A stretch of 64,000 nt of DNA, taken from assembly GCA_008632985.1 (NCBI GenBank), contig QPGO01000155.1:124001-188000 (forward strand), given 5' to 3'. Shown here piece by piece: positions 41,540 through 53,290 of this stretch (position 1 is its first letter; each line of letters starts with the position of its first letter). Both the position numbers and the translations under genes were made by a program. The notes below the pieces were generated by a model. That model was not told the origin of the DNA. It saw nothing but the letters and a program-made list of their open reading frames with translations, and did no database searches. The stretch is from Psammoneis japonica (Eukaryota).

Positions 41540-41886
41540 TGTGGGAAAGTAGCCAGAATTCTAAGATTCGTCTGCACTTTCAATGATTAAAAGCTGTAAT
41601 TGCGATACAACAATCAATCAGTAACTTTATTGTACCAAAAGTTGAGAGGTGATAATCAGTGCGTTAGAAAGATTATGAGCAGTTTTTATGAGCAGATGCA
41701 GCTGCCATCTAAAGGAAACGCGAAGTTAAACGAGCGCGAAGCTAGGAACAAACATCGCATTCGTGACTCGGCTTCCGCGGGATTCGAGACTGAGCATCGC
41801 ACACGGGGTTCGAATCTTGGATCTCTGATTTGAATCGTGGAGGTCCGATGTTGTTGTAAAAACATGCAAATATGAATATTGTCACA
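41540..41886 (-). repeat. 3' LTR of element 2
   Basis: Direct repeat of 47759-48105. Confidence 0.97.
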
Positions 41887-41929
41887 CTCCCTTCAACAAT
41901 GTCGGGTGGAATGATGACTCGAAAACGTC

Positions 41930-44900
41930 TTACCACTTAAGGAGCGATTTCCTGTGTTCGACGAAGAGATTCTGTGGTAGAGGTTTGGTGAAAATGTCTG
42001 CAATCTGATCCGCCGTATCAATTGGTAGAATTGATATGAGACCTTTGCGAACATGGTCTTTAAAGTGGTGGAGAGTGAGGTTGAAGTGTTTTGTCCGAGG
42101 ACGCATCTTAGGCAATCTCGCGATCTCCAATGCTCCAGAATTGTCTTCAAAAGCCTTACAATGTACGACTGGTGTCTTGGAAGGGACATTATGACCGTGA
42201 TCCATAAATTCTTGAATGAGGTTCAAAATTGGGGATGGCGCTTCGAAGACTTTCCGAAAGAGCGATAAATTCAGCTTCAGTAGTGCTGAGCGCGATCTGA
42301 GTCTGTAGCTTGGACGTCCAGACAATCGGACATCCTGCATAGGTGATGACAAACCCAGTTCGAGATTTGGAAGTGCCGACGTCATTGGGTGCAGTCAGCT
42401 TATTCCAATTGCCCACAAAGTCCGCGTCGGCGTGAACTTCAAGGGACTTGTCCGTTGAGGGCTGTAGTATAATACCTTCAGTTCTGGTTGACCTTAGGTA
42501 CTTACAGAGCCATAGTACGGCTTCACCGTGAGAAACCTTGGGATCGGAAGAAAGCGTGCGACTTGGTGCACCGCGTAAGCGATATCCGGTCGAGTGCTCT
42601 TCTCCAGAAAATTGAGCTTGCCGATGATGGATCGGTAATGAAAGCTCCCTTGGAAAGCAGGCTCACTCATATGCCTGTGGAGGATCTTGGAGGAAGGAGC
42701 AGGAGTAGGCTTATCTGGTAGTCTCTTTGGAATATTGGCTATCTCCAGTATCTGATTGATAAGGTGAGGTTGGGTAAGTTTCATTCTGCCGTCTGGTAGT
42801 GTTTCGACGTTGACACCGAGATAGTCGTCCAGAGTGCCTTGATCATCAATATCAAAATTCTCATCTCTGATATCCTGTATCGCCTTGTCAATAGCAGACT
42901 TGTCAGGGGATGCAAAGATACCGTCATCGACATAATGAATGAAAATGACATTGCCACGAAAATACAGGCACTCATCAACCGCCGATTGTACGAAACCAAT
43001 CCTTAACAATCCATCACGTAAGTGTTTCTTGCCATACTCTCCCTGCTTGCTTTTGTCCATATAAGTTCTTGAGCAACTTCAGAACATGAGTCTTACCATT
43101 GCCACATTTTGTTTCAATTCCTGCAGGTAACTCCATGTACATATCATGTTCGATATCGGCATGCGGATACGCCAGAACGAAGTCGACTTGGCGTGTATGC
43201 CACTTCTTAAGAATGGCAATGATCAGTAGGAGCCGGATAGTGAACCAGAAGACCACGGCAGAGTAGGTCTGGAAGTAGTTGACAGCATGCTCTTGCTTTC
43301 CACCGTGCACATTAAGTCGGGACTTCCATTTGTAGACGGCTTGGGTCTTAATATCTCTTTTGCGCTTCATAGACCATACCGAAGGGAGAACATCAACATC
43401 GTCAGGTACGTCCTCTCTTGGAATGAGTATCCAATGTTTCCTTTCAATATGATCATTGACCTCCTTAACACAGGCCTTGATAAATTCGTCTCTGTCAGGT
43501 TCACGCATAGCCTGATCAAAGTACATGGTGTCGGGGTCCGAGCTCGCCAGAAAAGAGATAGGTGAGTCCATATCGTCCTGCAGTTTGTAATCATCCTCGT
43601 GCATCGCATCATAATGTGCCTCTGCCTCTGCATTGTAGGAGACAATGCCTTGAGCCCGTTGTAGTTGGCTCTCGCGCATCCTTTCGGTCGGGCGTCGTTG
43701 TCGGCCGGACCTACTGGTGCTGGGTTGACCCATAGTGCGCTGTGGCTCAGATGGTGCGTCAGAATCATCTGGAGGCGTGTATAGCATTTCATCATCCGGT
43801 TGGGCATTATCAAATGAGTCATCAGTGGCAGACGTATCAGTGGGGTGCAGCAGCTGAGACGGGACATCCGAATTCGGCTCAGGTGGTTCCGTTGTGGTAG
43901 GGACTGATCCCTCAACCGGTACGTCACTTGATTTCCCAAAGATGTTGAAAGTACTCCTTGTCATGAGTTGTCTGAAACCTGCAATGCCTTGCCATTGTGA
44001 GAATGTAGGAGGATTCCCAGCAAAAGGGCGAACGGTCTCAAAGAAGTCGTCAAATTGTACGTGAAATTGCGGCGATACGAGTCCGGTCTGCAAATTCAAA
44101 ACCAAGGTAACTGAACCTGCGTGTCTTGTTGATGGTCCCAAATTGATTCCTAACCTTGCCCTTGGGTCCCACTTAGGCAGCCTACCTCCTCCCTGCAACC
44201 GGTTGTGCAAGGCGTAGACGGGACAGCCGAAGGTATGGTGTTGTTTGAGATTAGGCTGGACCTTGACGGACGAGAAACGTTCCAGCGGAGAAGAGCCGTC
44301 CTCGTGATTCGGTAAGTGATTCTTGATCTCGTTTGAGTTCCTGAGAGCGCTTGGCCATAAGTTCAACTCAATAGCCGTTGGCCATCTCACTTTTGCATGC
44401 AGGAGTTGCTTCCGAGATTGCTCTTGGAGGTCCCTTATTCTTTTCTCCGCGATGCCGTTTTGGAAGTGGGCGTTGACCCCACAATAGGATATTGTTTGCT
44501 GTTGCTTCTTGACGTCTTGTATGAAAGCATTGTCAGCAAATCTTCCATTGTCGGCGTGGTAGTGTTGAATACGGACGTGCATCCGGCGTGCGAATGCCTC
44601 GAAAGCGTGCTTGGCTTCGAGCGTCTCGGCTGAGGTAAGTCCTTTCTGCAAATACATGTGTCCCAATCCGCTGAAATGATCAACAAAAATTGTCGCTGCT
44701 CGATACCTTTGTTTCGTAGGTCTCCCTTTGAGCTGTGGGATCAATCCAGGAGTAGGACTCTCGAGCTGGTCGACGGATACGGCTTCTCCAGGCGAAGTTG
44801 CCAAGTGGATTCGTCGGTTCCGCTTGGACTTGGAGCGCCATGGTCGTTTCGTCATGGCACCGTATAGGCAGCCGGCACATTTTGGGTTGTGTACCTTTGT

Positions 44901-46190
44901 AAGGCGTTTCGGTAGAATGCCTAGGGCGGCCAATGGCTTTATCATTTTGAATGACATGTGGCCCAGGCGGCAATGCCAACGCAACAGTTCACCCTGGTCA
45001 TCTGTGGCAGCAAGGGCGTCATCATTTGGTGTGATGTTGATGGGTTCCGGTAAGTCCTGCTGTACCTCCGGTGTCGTGAAATCCCTTAGGTTTTCCTCGT
45101 CTGAGTCTGAACCACTTGCTCCGTCTGTTGGCTCAAATGAGACAGGAGCATCCTCATCAGTGGTGTTGCGTGCGTCTTGCGTCTCGGAAGGACGTGTCTC
45201 GGATGGACTTCTGAAGACGTCTGTATCAATTGCAGCCTCGTCATCATTCGCAATGCTCTCGTCGTCTGGTGGTATGATGTGAGCTTGACAGGCCACGTGC
45301 TCGATAGTTTCGATGTCGGTTTGTTCTTCGACAGCGGCTGCAAAGGTCCGGCATTTGTTGGAACCGGGTGCGGAGCGCATCTTGGCGACATTGGAGTTGG
45401 CGGACCATGGAATCAGGCGATGGTGCTTGCGCTGATCCCACATCAGTGACAGTCCGTCGTCCCTAGTCCAAGATGCGGTTCCGTGAGGCTCTGGCGTGTG
45501 GTCATTAGCTTGCTGGCTCCATTGCTGCGGGCAGAGAAGACAATGAGGTAAGTCGGGTGCATGGAGTGCGTCTCGAATTTTGATGCTGTGCACTTGTCCC
45601 ATGTCGTCCTCAATTGCCCACTGCACTGTTCCTTCTCCCTCAGCACGCAAGCAGCCCTTGACACCGAGTGCCATTTTGTTGGATTTGCGAAGAGGACCAA
45701 CGAAGTGTGCCTCGTCGTTGGACATGGTGCAGGAAGAATGCGAGTCGACGCCGATTGCGAATGAGCCCGAATCGTAAGTGGGCTCCGTTCGCTCGGGACG
45801 GTGTGGTGTGGTTGAGTTGCACGCTCCAACCGTCTTGTGTCGTGCAATGACATGGTGAGCCTTCTTGGTGGCCACTCTGGAGCGGTGACCTGGCCTCGTC
45901 GACGCATGACACCGTGCGCAGCACCTCGTCGTTGGCCGTCGCTGGCAAGTCTTAACTCGTCTTGTGCCTGGTTCAGCCAGGACATGTGAGATGACCCACT
46001 CACCCAGCGTCATCACGGCATGTGACAGGCGCTTGCACTTTTCTGAAGGAAGGGACAGCATCATGAACAGCAGCATGATCCAGATCGGTGCTGCACATTT
46101 CATGACGCCAGCGACCGCCATCAGGAGCACTGACACAGTGACGGCCATCTGCAAGGACAGCAGCAGTGTCAGAGTGAACCTGCAGAGCAG
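41930..46190 (-). CDS. pol of element 2 (PR-IN-RT-RNaseH) with frameshifts in RT/RH
   Basis: VDSHSS protease, WHCRLGH, VSVDQ..FVDHFS..HFQNGIAEK, FGCPVY, KSRLNVHG, LYGQKQAG, YVDD, TRPDIAYAVHQ, SRTG, EDNSG, IADIFTKPL. Confidence 0.93.
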
Positions 46191-47684
46191 TCACTCCACT
46201 TCGTTTAGGATGGTAGAGATGGCACTTGCGAAGGAGACTTTCTTGTCCGACGTGTCTGTGGATGGAGCAGACTGTTGCTTGCGGAGTCTGCAGCCTTGGT
46301 TGCCCGGATCATCAGGCAAGTGCATGACCCAAGCAGTGTGACATGGGCACCAGTGATGGTCGCGATTGTTGACGCGCTTGTGACAGCACTGATGGCCGTT
46401 CACTGTCTTCTTGGGAGTGTCCTCCTCAGGCGGGACTTTCTTCCAGGCTTCGTCCGCTTTCTGTCTCTGACGTGGAGTGGTCTTGGTCTTCCTTGACCGT
46501 GTGCTTCTTTCCTTGGTTGAGCCAGCCTTGGCCTTCAAAGCTTCAGACAGCTGAAGGTTCTGATCCTTGATGGAGTCTGCCTTGGCTGCAAGCGCGACGA
46601 TTTGCTCTTCAGCCGGTGACAGTGCTCCCCACTTCTTCTCGCGCTTGAGGTCAGCACATTTGTTCAGTGCCAACGTCATGATTTGCGTCGGCGTGAATTC
46701 CTCGCCGTCGTCACACCTGTCCTTGTGCAACATGATGCACTTGACGAACACTTCGTCAGCAGCTGCGGCGCATCCTTTGAATGGATTCATGATGAGGTCG
46801 TCGCACTGCTCTCCTCTAGCTTGGAGTCTGTCAACGTTGAGCTTGGCGCACTTGTTGAACTCTTCGATGTCCGAGTTGACAGCTGCCGCGCAGGTGTCCA
46901 GGCTTGACAAATTCTCGCGGAAGCAGTCAGCGGCAGAGCGTGTGTCAACGACGGCCTTTTGCGCAAGTGGCTTGAAGAACAGTGTGCCGATTTGATTTCC
47001 ATTGATCGTGCAGGAATCTGTCTCAGCCAACATCTTGTCTCTTGCTTCCTCCGCAAGGGATTGAGAGATCGCCTCGGCCATCTGCACATTGTTCTGTGCT
47101 TGTCGCACAGGTGGATTCGCGAAGGCATTCGCGTGGGTTCTTGCATCCTGTGGAGTGAGCAGTCCGCACTCGGAGATGAGATCTCGTGGAGCTCCATTTG
47201 CGTCGGGAATGGCAAGCATGTCTCCTGCCCCTGTTTTCCATCCTGCCTCGGCAGCTCGTTGACTGAGTGTCTCACAAAACCGTTTGAGACCTTCTGAATC
47301 GCCGTTGAACTCGTGCGGCAGCGGTGCAGTGGCGGCGTTCCAAAGCTTGAGGCCTTGCGATGTGCCGCAGTCAATGAAGTTGTTGGGACGGTGTTGACCT
47401 GGAGTCAACGCGAAGATCGGCAGTGGCGGCACAGGTGCCAATGGTGGTCCACCTGGCGGGGCTCCACCTGGTGGGACTCCACCTCCGCCTCCACCTCCTC
47501 CGCCACCTCCTCCTGGAGGCACACCGGGAGGAACGACTGGGGGAGGCACAGGAGCAACTAGAGCGGCTGCAGGAGCAGGTGCTGTTGCCGGAGCAGCAGC
47601 AGTGGCAGGAGCTGCAGCGGGTGCAGCAGCGGGAGCTGCAACAGAGGCAGCCAGAGCAGCCGCGGTTCGTGTCTGTGTGACCAT
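46191..47684 (-). CDS. gag of element 2 (497 aa, no Tyr)
   Basis: Ala/Pro/Gly-rich N-terminus, FALTPG, WC..H..W..H..C knuckle; lies between 5' LTR and pol. Confidence 0.88.
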   Translation of the reverse strand: MVTQTRTAAALAASVAAPAAAPAAAPATAAAPATAPAPAAALVAPVPPPVVPPGVPPGGGGGGGGGGGGVPPGGAPPGGPPLAPVPPLPIFALTPGQHRPNNFIDCGTSQGLKLWNAATAPLPHEFNGDSEGLKRFCETLSQRAAEAGWKTGAGDMLAIPDANGAPRDLISECGLLTPQDARTHANAFANPPVRQAQNNVQMAEAISQSLAEEARDKMLAETDSCTINGNQIGTLFFKPLAQKAVVDTRSAADCFRENLSSLDTCAAAVNSDIEEFNKCAKLNVDRLQARGEQCDDLIMNPFKGCAAAADEVFVKCIMLHKDRCDDGEEFTPTQIMTLALNKCADLKREKKWGALSPAEEQIVALAAKADSIKDQNLQLSEALKAKAGSTKERSTRSRKTKTTPRQRQKADEAWKKVPPEEDTPKKTVNGHQCCHKRVNNRDHHWCPCHTAWVMHLPDDPGNQGCRLRKQQSAPSTDTSDKKVSFASAISTILNEVE

Positions 47685-47758
47685 AGCAACAGCAGAGTAA
47701 AGCAGAATCGAGAGCTTAAGATCGATTGACTCAACTTGTAGATTGCGCAGAGGAAGCG

Positions 47759-48105
47759 TGTGGGAAAGCAGCCAGAACTCTAAGATTCGTCTGCACTTTC
47801 AGCGGCCAAAAGCTGCAATTGCGATGCAACAATCAATCAGTAACTTTATTGTGCCAAAAGTTGAGAGGTGATAATCAGTGCGTTAGAAAGATTATGAGCA
47901 GTTTTTATGAGCAGATGCAGCTGCCATCTAAAGGAAACGCGAAGTTAAACGAGCGCGAAGCTAGGAACAAACATCGCATTCGTGACTCGGCTTCCGCGGG
48001 ATTCGAGACTGAGCATCGCACACGGGGTTCGAATCTTGGATCTCTGATTTGAATCGTGGAGGTCCGATGTTGTTGTAAAAACATGCAAATATGAATATTG
48101 TCACA
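47759..48105 (-). repeat. 5' LTR of element 2
   Basis: Direct repeat of 41540-41886 with 10 A:T>G:C differences. Confidence 0.97.
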
Positions 48106-48110
48106 ATCGT

Positions 48111-48684
48111 TTGACACCGCGTCTCTTTGGCCTGCAAGGAGGACACGATGGATCCAAGCGTGCCGAGTATGCTAGACAATTACAAGAAGATTATCAAAAA
48201 CAAGAGCGACAAAAACAAGAACAAAAGGCAAAAAGTTTGCGAAGAAGACCAACTGAACATCATGAATGTTTGTCAAGTGTACTACAGGACTTCATGTCGG
48301 TGATGTGGTGGTGGTACAACATCCAGACCGTTCGGGAACGGTGTGCAAGCGTATCTTGGGTCTGCCTGGGGATGTTGTGGTCCAACCCGCTTCCAATTTT
48401 GCTTTTCAAAATTCATCTCGAGGAGGCTTGCTCGTTATTCCGGATGGACACCTGTGGATAGAAGGTGATAACTCCATGAACTCGTCGGATTCTCGGAATT
48501 ATGGACCTATTCCATCCCGCATCCCTGCGAGTGCATCGTTTTATTTAAGGAGGGCCTCAGCCATGTTCATGGACTAATATGCAGCTGCGCTGCCTTTGTT
48601 TCATCGTAGGGGGAGCACGATCTTGCCTGCTGGATACGAAGGAGAAGTCATCCTTAAACACGCCGAAGAGAAGCCATCACAATA
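48111..48684 (+). pseudogene. Mitochondrial inner membrane peptidase IMP1-like (S26), 3' part, interrupted by element 2
   Basis: GDVVV..CKRILGLPGD..IPDGHLWIEGDN..SSDSRNYGPIP; continues EIILVDR across the TSD; catalytic-Ser box not seen. Confidence 0.8.
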
Positions 48685-49459
48685 ACACCGGTAAGAGTAT
48701 ATCGCACGGCGGAAGAAGTTATTATATCAGCAGTTAAGTGGATGCCTACTGGCGTTACTCGAGCCATTCAAAACTCACCGTCGTGTAGCCATTGTACTAC
48801 GTCAACGTAAAATGTCTCTCTTGCTCAAGTAGGAAAAAGTTTCACATTAACACCTATTTCAGCAATAAGTAAGTCGTTCAATTGTGTATAACTGCTACTA
48901 TAGCAAAATACAAACTAACAAGGAATCACTCTATGCAAGAATCCGAACTGGATTAGCTGCTTGGGTCAAAGCTTATTTTAAGTGGGCTAGCATGTGGTGC
49001 TGATAAAAGTAGTTGATAAGAAGGCAACCGATGACCCGAATGCAAAGAGCATATAACAAACAAGTTTGGATTGCGTTCTCTCTCCAAAAGTTGCTTCATG
49101 TAGCCCAAGCATCGCCAAGTAACAGCAGCATGAAAGGATGCAGTCGAGATGCTGCGGTGGCGCGCCACCGACACGAGTGGAAGATCATAGAAGCTCATGA
49201 AGTTGCCCACGTTAGAAACCGGTTCATCATCGAACACATCCTACGTTGTTCAGCACGATCCAAGTGCACTTCTCAAAAGATTCCACCTACCGGCTAAGTA
49301 TTTTTAATATCTGGGACTAAAAAGATCTACAACCGATCATCTAACTTTTCAACGCCAAAGGACCCCTTGTTTGTTCTGTTATTACTCAAAGAACCTTTAT
49401 CCTACTGTACAAGAGCTAAACGTAACTTCAAGATCGTACCTCCTGTCTCTCTACCTATC

Positions 49460-49462
49460 TTT

Positions 49463-49522
<60 letters not shown>
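49460..49522. repeat. (CT)n microsatellite
   Basis: Direct reading. Confidence 0.95.
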
Positions 49523-49525
<3 letters not shown>

Positions 49526-49820
49526 GTAGAGTAGAGCTATGCCCTCTCTAGAGTCTAGCTACTAGAGTCTAGAGTAGCTATCGTTGTTAGTAGCTAGTAC
49601 GGTACCTGACGACTCCTCGCGACTGTTTCAAAATATCTCCTCCGTTCGCGTATATTATGAAATATTGTTTTTGGCGATCGGACATTCTGACATAAGTTTT
49701 GCAGTACGACATTCTCGTATATTTCTACGACGAACCTGCTGTTACAAGAAGAATCAAACCCTCGCGTGTTTCAAACAGAATAAGACCACACAATTCACGC
49801 TGATTTCAATCACATCCACA

Positions 49821-51780
49821 ATGTCCAAACAAACAATGAGATACACTCTTTCTACCCGTACCGTTCCAATGGCGAGCATGGGGCGTGCTCGCATGATCGT
49901 CGGTGACAAACGCAGCAGGCTGTTGACGCAAGACGAGGTTTCCCGCGACATCAAGCTTTCGACAACCGGACGTCCTTCGAAACGGCTCCAATGGCAGTCA
50001 TCGGTTCAGTTGAGCGTCATTCCAAGCAAGCACGACACTTCCAATGTGTACTTACTTGACGAATTGACGAGTGTTAGTGCATCCTCAACAAGATCCGAGC
50101 CTGAGTCACTCCAAGGCATTTCGAAACCATCTCGTCTGGAAGTTCAGCCGGAGCTTTCGGATTGGTCGCCGATATACTTGGGTCCAGACGAGTCATCGCT
50201 ACTCCAAAGTCGGAATGAGCACTCCCAGCACGATCACTTTGCAAGTGTTGTGCAACAAATTGCTGACCAGTCTTCGAGCGAATGCCTCTTTGTCGATCCG
50301 AGGTCTGGCCACAAGAGGTTTCGGCACACAAACAGCACGGAACTTGGTTCGCGTAAACGTCGTCGTACTTCCTACAAGCAAGATGATGAGGTCACCCATG
50401 TTGGTTCTAGTCACAAGGAGAGCTGTGACAACGGAAACAACCATCTGACATTCGGCTGGGGTCGCCCAAAGCCTTGTTCATGTGCGCACCATACTTGCTT
50501 TCCTCGCACGCGTCGAGACCTCAGTCAAAAGACTATCCGTGCCCCAAGGAAACGTCGAATGGATGAGCACTTAAAGCCTGATCATTCATTTTATTTCATG
50601 GAGAAGTTGCCGGTTCAAGAATCTGCGGATGGACGTTTCATCGACAGCTTCTCCGGCGCAAAACGGAAGCATCAGCGCAGAATGTTGGGTCCGCGGAAGC
50701 GACGCCTAATTATACGCGATCAAGATGACGCATGTGTTGACATTGGCCTCAGTTCAACTTCTGAGGGAAGGAGTCAGAGAGTAAGTCGCCTCTTTCATTT
50801 GCACTATCACTCATTTCCACGTGCGTTGACAATTGACTGAAACGTGTTTCTACTTCTTCTTTACTCTGCATTAACAGCTTGTACACGAGAAGTCCATTCA
50901 ACACGAGACGTCTTCCATTGCATCTGCTGCAATAGAGATTCCTCGCGATGCGGGTGTTTCAGATGAGGATCAAGTCCAACAGGTGGCGGCACCTGCAGTG
51001 GTGTGGACGGTGCAAGATGGCCCTTCCAAATTCGATACATATGGTCAAGAACAACGCAATGAAGTACATGAAGTGTTGGTCGATCAAGAACAATCGGAAC
51101 GGGAGTACTTGCCTGTTTCCGTCAAGGACGATCCCATCCACGAGACGGCGTCAGCAACGGTGGCACCTTCGGAGCGCGAGATTCCACCCGACGATGATGC
51201 TTCCATTCCAAATCCGCACGATGGCGTAGCTGAAGCGTTGGGAGAGGAACGAGAAGAAGAAAGACACGTCCCAGTACGGGAATCCCTCATTACGGATCAC
51301 CGTGCTACATATAGCGACGATCCGATCCAGGAGATTCCATCCGGAGATGATGCTTCCATTCCGAATCCACACGATGCCGTGGCTGAAGCATTGGTAGAGG
51401 AACAAGAAGGAGAAAGACGCGTCCAAGTACGGGAATCCCTCATGACGGATCACCGTGCTTCTGAAAGCGACGATCCTATCCACCAGACGGCGTCAGCAGC
51501 GGTGGTACCTTCCACACAGATCCCTTCCAACGACGGTGATGTGAGTCTTCCAGACCAGCACGTTGGTGTAGGGGGGTTGTTGGTCGAGACGGAACAGGCG
51601 GAAGAAGAAAACGTTCAAGCACCTGCATCCCTCATTACGGATGGTAGTGCTTCTATCATTCCAAGGCGGTCTGCTCGGCTTAGAGCAGCTTTGGGAAGCG
51701 TGTACATCCTCTCTACTGACGGGAGAACTCTTCGAAGGTCCGCTAGAATCTTGAACCGGCGAAATGGCGTCTTGCGGTAG
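49821..51780 (+). CDS. Hypothetical disordered protein with internal ~50-aa repeat and C-terminal RRSARL/RRSARI motifs
   Basis: ORFs 49584-50840 and 50983-51780, probable intron ~50781-50877; EIP..DDASIPNPHD.VAEAL..RESL.TDHRA twice. Confidence 0.55.
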
Positions 51781-52251
51781 TTTGAATGCATGCGGGAAAG
51801 AATGGGGAAAGGGGAGGGCGGGAATCCGATATAGAAAGAGAGAAACGAGCGGGAGTTAGAGACGGGGAATGGAGTATTTAGAAAAGAGAATACGTCGATT
51901 TGTAGAGCGGAAGAAAAAGAATCAGAAAAATGGCGAGGCAGGAAGAAGATTGGGTTCAGGAAGACCTGTAGGTAGTAACACTCACTCTTGCTATTGTTTG
52001 CTTTACCGGTTCCGAATGGATGATTTGAATCTGGCGGCGGGTTTTCTGACCATATGCTGGATCCGTGTGTATGAATAATCATGGTGCAGTTGCTTTCGTG
52101 AAAGTGGCGATCGGTAAGTTACGGGTGAGCAGCGATATTCTTTTGACTACAGAATCTTCGTGGCGCCTGCAGTTCGGCACATATCACGCACAGCACGTAC
52201 CTCTACATTCAACATTGCGGATTCGGCATTGTGGGGATTGAAAACCCAATT

Positions 52252-53290
52252 CCTGATTCAATGATTCCTTGTTAGGACTGAAAAAGCACCATTGGCTGTG
52301 GACAGTGTGGCGCTTGCACCGTGGACGGATTCAGCCTTGATTTTGCATGGCGTACTTGACATTTTTTTGATAACTCTACTAGTCGGAACATTTTCTGTTG
52401 GGCGTTTCACAACGTAGTATGAATTTTGTTAGGAACACTTGGCGGGCTTACGGAGAGCATTGAAGAAGATGCACGTTCAAATACATGATGAAAGCTCGTA
52501 CCTTTACCTAACTCATTCTGCAGGCTTTGTTTATTCAGCGTGTAGTCTACCAAGCTTTGACTCTGTCCAATGCTAGCGGTTCTCGCCTCTTGCAATTCTT
52601 GTTGTTCGATCTTATTGACACTGCTGCTACGGAGTAATTCACGAAAAAAGTCACAAAAATCTTGTCAATTTCCACTCACAACTCTTCAGAGAGAGGTCAC
52701 CAATCGTCTTAACCGCAGAGATTAAATCTACTTCGACTGACGGCTATATTTGTGATGTATGGGAGCTGCGATCTGGAATTTCTGCCCCGCGTTAGCTCCA
52801 CAATCGCTGCCCTGTCGATGGATATTCACCCATTTTCAATACCTAGACAAAGGCACGGTCCGTTTTGAGCCCTGTAGAAGCATCCTACATGGGTGGTGGC
52901 GAATGTCAGTTTGGTCCTACTTGTGGATGCCTGATTCGATGATTCCTTTTCGAGATTGAAAATAAAGCACTATTGACCATGGACAGTCAGTGTGGCGATT
53001 GCACCATGGGCGGATTCAGCCTTTTTTTATGAAGTACTTGGCCATCTTTTTTAAATAACGCTATTAGTCGGAACGTTGCTGTTTGGGGTTGCACAAAGTA
53101 GTATGATTGTGTAAGGAACACTAGGTAGGCATACGTAGAATGCATGGTGAAAGCACATACCTTCAATACACTCGTTCCGTAGGCTTTGTTTATTCAGCAT
53201 GTACGAGTAGTCTACCAAGCACCAAGCCCAATATAAGTAGTTCTCGCCTCTCGCAATTCTTGCTGTCAGTCTTGTTGGTCACTGCTTCTA
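52252..53290. repeat. Diverged direct duplication (~52252-52630 vs ~52930-53290)
   Basis: Shared cctgattc.atgattcctt, ggattcagcc, tagtcggaac, aggctttgtttattcagc, tagtctaccaagc, gttctcgcctc. Confidence 0.8.

Larger units (their letters stand above)
41540..48105 (-). mobile_element. Ty1/copia LTR retrotransposon (element 2)
   Basis: 347-bp TG..CA LTRs, TSD ATCGT (41535-41539, 48106-48110), PPT ttgaagggag (41887-41896), gag plus pol. Confidence 0.97.

Noticed and set aside
6740..43020. Frameshifts in PP2A-B56, the 16.4-kb gene, apyrase, HIBADH and element 2 RT as programmed frameshifting or pseudogenisation
   Set aside because: Apparent small indels, some in homopolymers, scattered over unrelated conserved genes; more likely assembly errors, and reads are needed to decide
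47738..47765. tRNA gene
   Set aside because: Only a ~20-nt tRNA-like stretch at the PBS position; no cloverleaf
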